From an uncultured Eubacteriales bacterium (GTDB taxonomy: Bacteria > Bacillota > Clostridia > Oscillospirales > CAG-272), in the NCBI GenBank assembly GCA_948467545.1, contig CAOKER010000004.1, positions 175,952-239,951 of the forward strand: 64,000 bases of DNA, read 5' to 3'. Numbering within the stretch: position 1 is the first letter of the stretch; every line of letters starts with the position of its first letter. Below the pieces are notes generated by a model that was not told the DNA's origin, did not search any database, and saw only the letters and a program-made list of their open reading frames with translations. Positions 47,069-55,374 of this stretch are shown piece by piece. A program made the position numbers and the translations under genes.

Positions 47069-48041
47069 TTTACTGTCTCCTTATAACAACGTTATATATC
47101 ACTGTTATATTATATTCTCGGCTTTTCATTTTGTCAAGAGTTTTTTAGGATTATAATTATGAAAATTTCTTGCCGAGATAATAAATTATATCTTTCTTAT
47201 AAAATGACCGATTAGAAACTCGACTCAATGCAGAATATAGAATGTATAATTTGCAGTGACAAAAATAAAAAGCGTACCTGAAAAGCTACATAAATACTGA
47301 TTTTTATAAAGAAAACACTATTGCATTCAACCCCATAGGGGTTCAAATTGCAGTGGTGCTTTCAAAAAAGATATTTTCGGCGGTTTCTTGTAGGAGTTTG
47401 AACTCTCACTAGGCAAGGCCCTCGAACGAAACAAATTGGTATTTACCTTAAAGCAAGCGGCTAAGTTGAGTATCAGCAAACAGACTAATGAGTTTGCAAA
47501 CTTTGTTTTTCATTTCTTTTGTTTTAAAATTTGCACTTTTCCTTTTCTGTGTCAAAATATAAAAAGAAGAAAATGACTTTAAAAAGCTATATCAATAATG
47601 GATTTATAGTGAAAGACACTTCATAATCCAAATAATGGAAGGCCGAATTGTAATAGCATTCTCATGTTAATCTGCCTTTTATTTCATTGAATTCTGTCTT
47701 CATAGTCACTACAAGCACGGAATACTACTTTTTGATTATCCGATAAAACAAGCAACCATTATTCCTTCCAACCATTGTATAATCGTATTTTTTCTTTTAT
47801 ATCTTTGTTAAAATAATACTTTATAGCTTGATCCATACATATTATCCTCTTACTCAAAAAACAGTGATTTTGTTATCTGTAATCATAACATTTTTATCGC
47901 GAGAATTTAAGTCATGACGCTAAGGAAATTTGCCCATTTTGCATCTACGATTTTGACCCTCGAAAAATCGCCGCCTGAAACGGCGAAAGCCCCGATTTTA
48001 TCGGGGCTTTCCGGGACAATATCTTTTTTATTGTCTCCCTT

Positions 48042-48123
48042 TGGTGCGGATGACAGGATTTGAACCTGCACCCTCTCGGATCGGTTTCTAAGACCGACAT
48101 GTCTGCCATTCCATCACATCCGC
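48042..48123 (-). tRNA. tRNA-Leu (anticodon UAG), CCA encoded
   Basis: The reverse complement folds as a cloverleaf. Acceptor is GCGGATG/CATCCGC, anticodon arm TCGGT-CTTAGAA-ACCGA (anticodon TAG), 11-nt variable arm, T arm GCAGG-TTCAAAT-CCTGT, discriminator A plus CCA. Confidence 0.9.
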
Positions 48124-48331
48124 ATATATACCAAAACTTTTATGTTCTTTATATTTATATTAGCATAAAAATATAGGTTTGTCAATGATTAAAATGACTG
48201 AGCGGAAACAAAATAGCATTTGAGTATTAAATGACAAAATTTATTGCAGGTTTTAAATATCAAAATTTTTAAATCGGTTGCAAACTTTACATTAATATGA
48301 TATAATTAATTATTATCAATTCAAGAAAAAC

Positions 48332-49483
48332 TTATTTTTCACGGCTTTGTTGCCTTACGCTGTTCTTATCTTTTTCAGCATCGTAAGATGGACTGAAAAA
48401 AGTATTCTTTATAATCAGAACTATCATAGGCAGAAAAATTAGACCGGCAAATCCTGCAACCCGAAATCCGGCATACATACATATAAGGGTCAAAAGCGGC
48501 GAAAGTCCCGTGGTTTCGGATACAATCTTAGGCTGCAGTACTTGCCTGAGAACTTCTATAACAACAAGAATCAACAGAAGACCGATACCCTGATAGCTTC
48601 TTCCCTGCAGAATCAGAACGAGCGCCCACGGAACCATAATCATTCCGACGCCGATAACCGGAAGCATATCGGCAAAAGCGATAATCATTGCCGCAATTGC
48701 CGCGTATCTGATTCCGATTATTAAAAAACCTGTCAGAAGCTCCGCAAATGTTATCAGCATTATAAACAGGTAAGCACGCATGTAAGAAAGGCCCGTGTAT
48801 TTCATATTTCCGTATATACTGTAAAAAAACGACTTTGCTTTATCGGGAATAAAAGATACAAGCTTCTTGTTGATTTTCCCAAGATCTGCGCTAATATAAT
48901 ACGATGACATTACAAGCATAACCGTAAAAAACATGATGCCGGGCAGTTTAGAAGCAACAGCGGCCGCCGCCATCGGCAGTTTGGATGAAATTGTATTAAC
49001 CGTACTCTGAACCATTCCCAGACCTGCCTCTATAACAGCGTCGACATCCGCCACAGCATTCCCGTTATGCGACGGAAGCCGTGCTGCAATCCACTCGGCT
49101 ATACCCATAACCTTGGATTCAATTGCATCATAGTTGTCAATAAGCGCGCCGAGAGCGTTTCCTGCCTCGAAAATCAGTCTTTGAATTACCCAGAAAATCG
49201 CCGCTCCCGCAATCAGGAAGAATACGGCAAGGGCAAGTACGCACAGCAGCCGATGGGGAAGTCCCGTCTTCTTTCTTATATTGATTAAAAGCGGTCGAAG
49301 CAGCATAGATACAAACCATGCAAGAACAAAAGGAAGAAAAAAATCAAAAGTGCATTTTACAGCTGCAAATATCAATACAATTCCGATAAGAATATAGAAT
49401 GATATAACCGCGATTCTCTTATATCCTTTTTCGGGAAGGTACACAAACTGACCATTTTCCGCTTCTTCTTTTTTGAATTCCAT
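48332..49483 (-). CDS. AI-2E family transporter / sporulation membrane protein YtvI-like
   Basis: About 8 TM helices; FFLPFVLAWFVSMLLRPLL and C-terminal GLSPLLTLICMYAGFRVAGFAGLIFLP blocks are typical of UPF0118/PerM. Confidence 0.8.
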   Translation of the reverse strand: MEFKKEEAENGQFVYLPEKGYKRIAVISFYILIGIVLIFAAVKCTFDFFLPFVLAWFVSMLLRPLLINIRKKTGLPHRLLCVLALAVFFLIAGAAIFWVIQRLIFEAGNALGALIDNYDAIESKVMGIAEWIAARLPSHNGNAVADVDAVIEAGLGMVQSTVNTISSKLPMAAAAVASKLPGIMFFTVMLVMSSYYISADLGKINKKLVSFIPDKAKSFFYSIYGNMKYTGLSYMRAYLFIMLITFAELLTGFLIIGIRYAAIAAMIIAFADMLPVIGVGMIMVPWALVLILQGRSYQGIGLLLILVVIEVLRQVLQPKIVSETTGLSPLLTLICMYAGFRVAGFAGLIFLPMIVLIIKNTFFSPSYDAEKDKNSVRQQSREK

Positions 49484-49736
49484 TTTTATGACCGTTCCTT
49501 TTGTTGATACTCAGATCTTTATTCGTTTCGGAGCTGTCCAAGTTCCGGTTTCTGTGACGGGTACAAGTTTTTGTTATGCCGTATGGAAAAAGTATGAAAG
49601 ATTTTCCTTAAGACATCATACCGACTTTTTATATATGCTTTTACACATAGTCATAAATATTATTTCCGATTTTTTACACTGTTAGACTGGCAGTTAAAAA
49701 ATATATTAATTATGTAAACCGAAAGGATATTAAATT

Positions 49737-50237
49737 ATGATAAGATTTGAAATGCAGAACGGAAATATAATTGATATAGAGCTTTGCAAAGAGGAAGCGC
49801 CTATTACAGCCGCAAACTTTGAAAAGCTTGCAAAAGAAGGATTTTTCGACGGAACACATTTTCACAGAATAATTCCCGGATTTGTTATACAGGGAGGAGA
49901 TCCTACCGGAACAGGAACCGGCGGTTCAAACGAAACAATTCGAGGAGAATTTCGAGCCAACGGTATAGACAATAAGCTTTCCCACAGAAAGGGCGTTATT
50001 TCGATGGCGAGAAGCGGCAGCTATACATCCGGATTTGATACGGCGTCATCACAGTTTTTTATATGTCTTGATGACAGCTGTAAATCACTTGACGGATACT
50101 ATGCTCCGTTCGGTTACGTGAAAAACGGGATTGACATTGTAGATAGCATTGCGTCCGTTCCGACTGACGCGGGCGATTATCCGCGTGTGATTTCCGATGA
50201 TGTTATAATCAAAAAATGTTCTGTGATTTCCGAATAA
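49737..50237 (+). CDS. ppiB: cyclophilin-type peptidyl-prolyl cis-trans isomerase
   Basis: FHRIIPGFVIQGGDPTGTGTGG and SMARSG...SQFFI motifs. Confidence 0.95.
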   Translation: MIRFEMQNGNIIDIELCKEEAPITAANFEKLAKEGFFDGTHFHRIIPGFVIQGGDPTGTGTGGSNETIRGEFRANGIDNKLSHRKGVISMARSGSYTSGFDTASSQFFICLDDSCKSLDGYYAPFGYVKNGIDIVDSIASVPTDAGDYPRVISDDVIIKKCSVISE

Positions 50238-50251
50238 AAAAACTCTGAAAC

Positions 50252-50791
50252 TCAGGAGGTTGTTTCCGGAGTTCCCTGTCCTCCCGAAAGTCCGTGAGTA
50301 AATCCGGAAGAATCCGCTGTACAAATATCGCCTGCAATTACTTTACCGCGGTATACAAGAATATTTGCATAAATAACTCCCGTATAATCAGGGTAATTAG
50401 TAACTACATATGTATACCTTGTAACCTTTTTACGTTTGTACTTTTCAAGATTAAGCCCCTGTTGTTTCTGAAGCTCGTTATATGATGACATAACTCTGTC
50501 AAATTCCGAGGGAATCGTTACCTCCGCCTCTTCGGCAGGTTCTGATTCAACCGTCCATCCGAACTGGGAAAGAAATTTTATGCGATCTTCATTGGTCTTA
50601 ACACCGCTGTAGGTAATATTTTCTCCGTCTTTGAATGCTTCCTCGGCGGAGTCATAGGTCGGAATAAGTGTAATAAGTACAATCAGTGTAATCACAGAAA
50701 GCGCCAGTACACTGAAGAATTTTACTGTAGATGCGCGAACTGAATAAATAAACATGGTTGAAAACCGGTCCTTTCCAAATACCTTCGGCAT
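50252..50791 (-). CDS. DUF4830 domain protein (membrane-anchored)
   Basis: N-terminal TM segment, then ...DRIKFLSQFGWTVESEPAEEAEVTIPSEFDRVMSSYNELQKQQGLNLEKYKRKKVTRYTY, which is typical of DUF4830. Confidence 0.7.
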   Translation of the reverse strand: MPKVFGKDRFSTMFIYSVRASTVKFFSVLALSVITLIVLITLIPTYDSAEEAFKDGENITYSGVKTNEDRIKFLSQFGWTVESEPAEEAEVTIPSEFDRVMSSYNELQKQQGLNLEKYKRKKVTRYTYVVTNYPDYTGVIYANILVYRGKVIAGDICTADSSGFTHGLSGGQGTPETTS

Positions 50792-51011
50792 ACGCCGATG
50801 TGGTTTTGTTATTGTACAACAACATTATGCAGTTAAAACGGATTTTATGACCGAAAACGAATATCCGTCCGCAGTAAAATCTGCCATAACATAAAGCATA
50901 AGTCTCACAGATTGACATGCCGTACATATAAATATCTTGGCTGCAATCAGATAGTTTAAGTGAGGACTTATAATATAAAAAACATAAAAAACGGCATGGA
51001 GATTTACAAAA

Positions 51012-52160
51012 TTGAAAAAAGCAACTACCGATCCAATTATTATAAAAAGAGGCTGCACTGCCGACGCTATTCGGTATCTGTCCGAAAAATTCGGAGATAA
51101 TTACGCAGTTGTGTGCAGTGAAAAGACAAGACTTCTTGCCGAAAAAGCATTTCCCGGCAAACCCAAAATCGTTTTTCCGTCAGGCAGTCATGCAACAGAA
51201 ATCAATGCCGATGTTCTGCTTAATGAACTTGCAAAAAACAATTATAATGCGCTTGTCGCATGTGATTCGGGTTCGGTTCACGATATAACAAGATATGCCT
51301 GTCATGAGACAAAAAAGGCTTTTGTATCGTTTCCCACCGCACCGAGCGTAGACGGTTTTGTATCAGGAATTGCCGCAATGACTATCCGCGGCAGAAAAAT
51401 TTCATATCCATCGACGCCGCCTGTCGCTCTTTTTGCCGATGCCGACATATACGAAACGGCTCCGCCGGAGCTTATAGCATCGGGAATCGGAGATATTGTC
51501 GGCAAATACGTTTCGCTTTTTGACTGGAAATTTACTTCGCTTATAACAGACGAAAATGTGGAAGAAGATATATATAACCTTGAGCGGGACGCGCTTGAAA
51601 GAGTTATGAACTCAAATCCCTCCGAAACAAATTTTACGGAATCGGTAATGGAGTGCCTTATAAAATCAGGTATCGCGATTCAGCTCAAGGGCAGCTCACG
51701 CCCGGCCTCCGGAGCAGAACATCACCTTTCTCATCTGTGGGAAATGAATTGTATTAACAAAGAGACAGACGCGCTTCACGGTGAAAAAGTCGGCGTCTCT
51801 ACCCTGCTTGTTCTAAAAAAATACAAAAGCTGCAAAAATCCTGTATATATACCTAAATCTTTCGAATCTGATTTTCTTCGTCCTGTTTACGGAAATCTTA
51901 CAGAGGGAATCATCGAAGAAAACTCTCCCGATCCGCTTTCGGAAATTACTCAAAAAGGTCTGGACGCAGCGTCGGACAAAATCGGCAGGCTTATAGACGA
52001 GCTTCCAAATCCGAAAAAAATCAAAAGTTTTCTTTTGTCAGTAAATGCAAAAACAACACTCGGAGAACTTGGATTGCCGGACACTTCGGATTTTGCCGAA
52101 AAAAGCTTAAAGTATGCTCCGTATGTAAGAAGACGATTGACAATGTTAAAGATTATCTGA
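51012..52160 (+). CDS. sn-glycerol-1-phosphate dehydrogenase-like (AraM/EgsA family, iron-ADH superfamily)
   Basis: ...FPTAPSVDGFVSGIAAM..., IASGIGDIVGKYVSLFDWKF and SGAEHHLSHLWEM...HGEKVG blocks. TTG start has GGAGA 9 nt upstream. Confidence 0.7.
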   Translation: MKKATTDPIIIKRGCTADAIRYLSEKFGDNYAVVCSEKTRLLAEKAFPGKPKIVFPSGSHATEINADVLLNELAKNNYNALVACDSGSVHDITRYACHETKKAFVSFPTAPSVDGFVSGIAAMTIRGRKISYPSTPPVALFADADIYETAPPELIASGIGDIVGKYVSLFDWKFTSLITDENVEEDIYNLERDALERVMNSNPSETNFTESVMECLIKSGIAIQLKGSSRPASGAEHHLSHLWEMNCINKETDALHGEKVGVSTLLVLKKYKSCKNPVYIPKSFESDFLRPVYGNLTEGIIEENSPDPLSEITQKGLDAASDKIGRLIDELPNPKKIKSFLLSVNAKTTLGELGLPDTSDFAEKSLKYAPYVRRRLTMLKII

Positions 52161-52205
52161 TGGAATAAATTATCGGACAGAATAAGGAAAGGTTGTAGAC
52201 AAAAT

Positions 52206-53333
52206 ATGATAAAGGTACTTCATGCGGCCGATATACATCTTGACGTTCCGTTCAATATCGGAGATATCGACAAGGCAAACATCAGACGTTCTGAACACCG
52301 CGGATCTTTTTCTTCTCTGATGACCTTCGCAAGAATTGAAAAATTTGATATTGTACTTATCGCGGGAGATATGTTCGACAGCAGCTTTGTAACACCGGAT
52401 ACCGCAGCGCTTGTGACACGTGAGTTTTCAGCATGTCATGACTGCAGAATAATTATTTCGCCGGGAAATCATGATCCTTATACTCCCGACAGTATATGGG
52501 CCAAAACCGAATTTCCCGAAAACGTATATATATTCGAATCGCCCGAACTCAACTGCTTCCGCTTTGACGATATAGGTGTAAACGTATACGGATATGCTTT
52601 TACCGAAAACCATATGGATGTATGCCCGTTTTCTGATCCGCCGGAGCTTGATACGGATAAAATCAATATTCTCTGCGCTCATGGAGATCTTTTGGATGCA
52701 AACTCTCGGTATTGCCCAATACGTATGGATGAAATTGTACGCAGCGGCTTTGACTATATCGCACTCGGTCATATTCATAACAGCGACGGAATTCACCGCG
52801 GAGGAAACATGTGGTACGGATACAGCGGATGTCTCGACGGACACGACTTTGGAGAAAGCGGATATAAGGGCGCTGTCAGCATAGCCATGTCCAAGGAAAA
52901 CGGCATTTTTGATGCAGCTGTCAAGGGAAAGCGTTTTTCAAAAAGGCGGTTTGAAACCGCAGTTGTAGACCTTACCGGTTCAAGATCGGATGAAGAAGTC
53001 CTTAAGAGAATAGACGAAAGACTTGAAGCGGAAAATTACGGAGAGGACACTGCTCTCAAGCTGATTCTTGACGGAAGTATATCTCCGGAGGTAACTATAT
53101 CCGACAGAGCGATATCAGATCATATATCGGGAAAGCTGTTTTACTTGGAAATTGCAAACAGAACCGATTCTTTATATAACTATGAAATGCTGAAAAACGA
53201 TCCTACCGTAAGGGGCGCATTTTTTAATGCGCTTTTCCCGGAGCTGTCATCGGATGACGAGGAAGAACGTCAAAGGGCCTCGGAGGCTCTTCGTTACGGT
53301 CTTTCCGCTCTGCGCGGAAATGACATTTTCTAA
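52206..53333 (+). CDS. SbcD/Mre11-like metallophosphoesterase (YhaO-like)
   Basis: VLHAADIHLD, IAGDMFD, SPGNHD, CAHGDL and LGHIHN calcineurin-like motifs. Confidence 0.85.
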   Translation: MIKVLHAADIHLDVPFNIGDIDKANIRRSEHRGSFSSLMTFARIEKFDIVLIAGDMFDSSFVTPDTAALVTREFSACHDCRIIISPGNHDPYTPDSIWAKTEFPENVYIFESPELNCFRFDDIGVNVYGYAFTENHMDVCPFSDPPELDTDKINILCAHGDLLDANSRYCPIRMDEIVRSGFDYIALGHIHNSDGIHRGGNMWYGYSGCLDGHDFGESGYKGAVSIAMSKENGIFDAAVKGKRFSKRRFETAVVDLTGSRSDEEVLKRIDERLEAENYGEDTALKLILDGSISPEVTISDRAISDHISGKLFYLEIANRTDSLYNYEMLKNDPTVRGAFFNALFPELSSDDEEERQRASEALRYGLSALRGNDIF

Positions 53334-53483
53334 ATTATCGAGACTGTCATCTTTGTATGGGATTCAATAAAACCGAACAGCTCTTTACAACCGAACAATC
53401 CTTTAAATATTTGTGAAAGGCACGAGCTATAGCTTCTGAATTTTTTCAGAGATATAATATACAAAAGGTAAAGTTATAAAAAC

Positions 53484-55184
53484 ATGAAATACGATATAAT
53501 ACTTCTTGACGCGGACGAAACTCTGTTCGACTTTGATCAGTCGGAATACAATGCTCTTGAATACTGCTTTAAAAGCCGCTCTCTTGAATTCAGTGATGAA
53601 ATTTATAATGAATATCATAATATAAACAAAAACCTGTGGAAAGATTTTGAAAAAGGAAAAATTGAAAAGCCAAAGCTCGTAACCGAACGCTTTAGAATTC
53701 TGCTTTCCGAGCTCGGTCACAAGATAGATCCGGCAGATTTTAATCTAAGCTACGGAGAAGCTCTGAGCAGACAAAGCATTCTTTTTCCCGGCGCTCTTCG
53801 GCTTTGCAGAAGGCTGGCGCAAAGCGCAAAACTGTATATAGTTACAAACGGCATAAAAGCAACACAGCTGCGTCGTTTTTCGGACTCTCCGTTACCTCCT
53901 TATATAGAAGACATATTTGTATCGGAAGAAGTAGGGTCGCAGAAACCCAGCAAGCAGTATTTCGATGCTGTATTTTCAAGAATTCCTGATTTTGCTCCGC
54001 TGCGCGCAATTATTATCGGAGATTCACTTTCCAGCGATATAAAAGGCGGAATGAATTCCGGGATAGCCTCCTGTTGGTATAATCCTCATTTTCTGCCCAA
54101 TACGACGGACATTGTTCCGACATATACCGCACAGAATTATGACGATATCGAAAGAATTGTTTGCGGAGGCGGCAAACGTCCGGTTCCGCAAGGAATAGTT
54201 TCGGTTAGGTACGAACATACAAATAAAAAAGCTCTTGTTCTTTTTCCTGCCGACGAGAAAATCCGAAAAAATATGTATGATGCCGCTCCGGATTTTAATT
54301 TGATTTTTACAGATCCGAAAAATGAAGCTATGCCGGAGCTCGCTTCAGAATGTGAAGTTATAATCGGTCAAGCTCCTGTCAAATATCTGCAGATGTCGGA
54401 AAAGCTTCGTTTCGTTCAGCTCTGTGTTGCAGGAACGGAACCGTATTCGTCACCAGGAATACTTCCGGAGCGTGTACATCTGACAAATGCGACCGGAGCG
54501 TTTGGACTTGCCGTATCGGAACATATGCTCGCCTCCCTGCTATGCCTGTACAAAAAATTGCATTTATACCGTGATAATATGAATGATGGAAGCTGGATTG
54601 ACCGCGGAGAGGTAAAAACACTGAAAGGAGCTGCTGTTCTGATTCTCGGGCTCGGGGACATCGGTTCCAGCTTTGCAAAAATGGTATACAATCTCGGTGC
54701 ATATACGATAGGTATCAAAAGAACCGCCGCAGAAAAGCCGGAATATCTTGATGAGCTTGTATCGGTGTCAAGTCTTGACGAAGTGCTTCCGAAAGCGGAT
54801 GTAGTCGCAATGGCCCTTCCCTCAACAAAAGAAACCGTCGGAATCATGTCTAAAAAAAGAATTTTCAGCATGAAAGACGGATCGGTACTTATCAATGCCG
54901 GCAGAGGAAATGCACTTGACAGCGATGCACTTGCTGACGCTTTAATATACGGAAAGCTCGGAGCGGCGTCACTTGACGTTACAGATCCGGAGCCACTCCC
55001 GAAGGAGCATCCTCTTTGGAAATGTGAAAATGCGCTTATTACGCCGCATGTCTCGGGATACTATCACCTGAAGAATACACTTGACAGTATTGCGGAAATC
55101 TGTACCGAAAATCTGCGGAGATATGCAAACGGAGAAAAGCTCAAAAATATCGTAAATAAAGAAACCGGATATGCCGAAAAATAA
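53484..55184 (+). CDS. fusion protein: YjjG-type HAD nucleotidase domain plus D-isomer-specific 2-hydroxyacid dehydrogenase domain
   Basis: N-terminal MKYDIILLDADETLFDFDQSE...INKNLWKDFEKGKI...IIGDSLSSDIKGG is HAD of YjjG type. C-terminal ...ILGLGDIGSSFAKMV...LINAGRGNALD...ITPHVSGY is the 2-hydroxyacid dehydrogenase NAD domain. Confidence 0.8.
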   Translation: MKYDIILLDADETLFDFDQSEYNALEYCFKSRSLEFSDEIYNEYHNINKNLWKDFEKGKIEKPKLVTERFRILLSELGHKIDPADFNLSYGEALSRQSILFPGALRLCRRLAQSAKLYIVTNGIKATQLRRFSDSPLPPYIEDIFVSEEVGSQKPSKQYFDAVFSRIPDFAPLRAIIIGDSLSSDIKGGMNSGIASCWYNPHFLPNTTDIVPTYTAQNYDDIERIVCGGGKRPVPQGIVSVRYEHTNKKALVLFPADEKIRKNMYDAAPDFNLIFTDPKNEAMPELASECEVIIGQAPVKYLQMSEKLRFVQLCVAGTEPYSSPGILPERVHLTNATGAFGLAVSEHMLASLLCLYKKLHLYRDNMNDGSWIDRGEVKTLKGAAVLILGLGDIGSSFAKMVYNLGAYTIGIKRTAAEKPEYLDELVSVSSLDEVLPKADVVAMALPSTKETVGIMSKKRIFSMKDGSVLINAGRGNALDSDALADALIYGKLGAASLDVTDPEPLPKEHPLWKCENALITPHVSGYYHLKNTLDSIAEICTENLRRYANGEKLKNIVNKETGYAEK

Positions 55185-55374
55185 AATAGCACTGTAAAAA
55201 ACTAAACAAAAGCCGTTATCCGCGGGCACATTTTCCATCGTAAAATATTTACCGACCGAAGTATTATCGTCTGGCGAATGCGTTTCGGCATCTTTATTCG
55301 GTTGCATTATTGCTTATTATTTCCTCTGCAATATTGTTTATTATTTCCTATGTACGAAAGGTTTTGCAATAACT

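Noticed and set aside
47325-47360. GGGGTTCAAAT...GGTGC resembles a tRNA T-arm/acceptor fragment and could mark an att site for an island at tRNA-Leu.
   Set aside because: It lies on the opposite strand from the tRNA. It shares only the generic GGTTCAAAT T-loop with it, with no extended identity to the tRNA-Leu 3' end.
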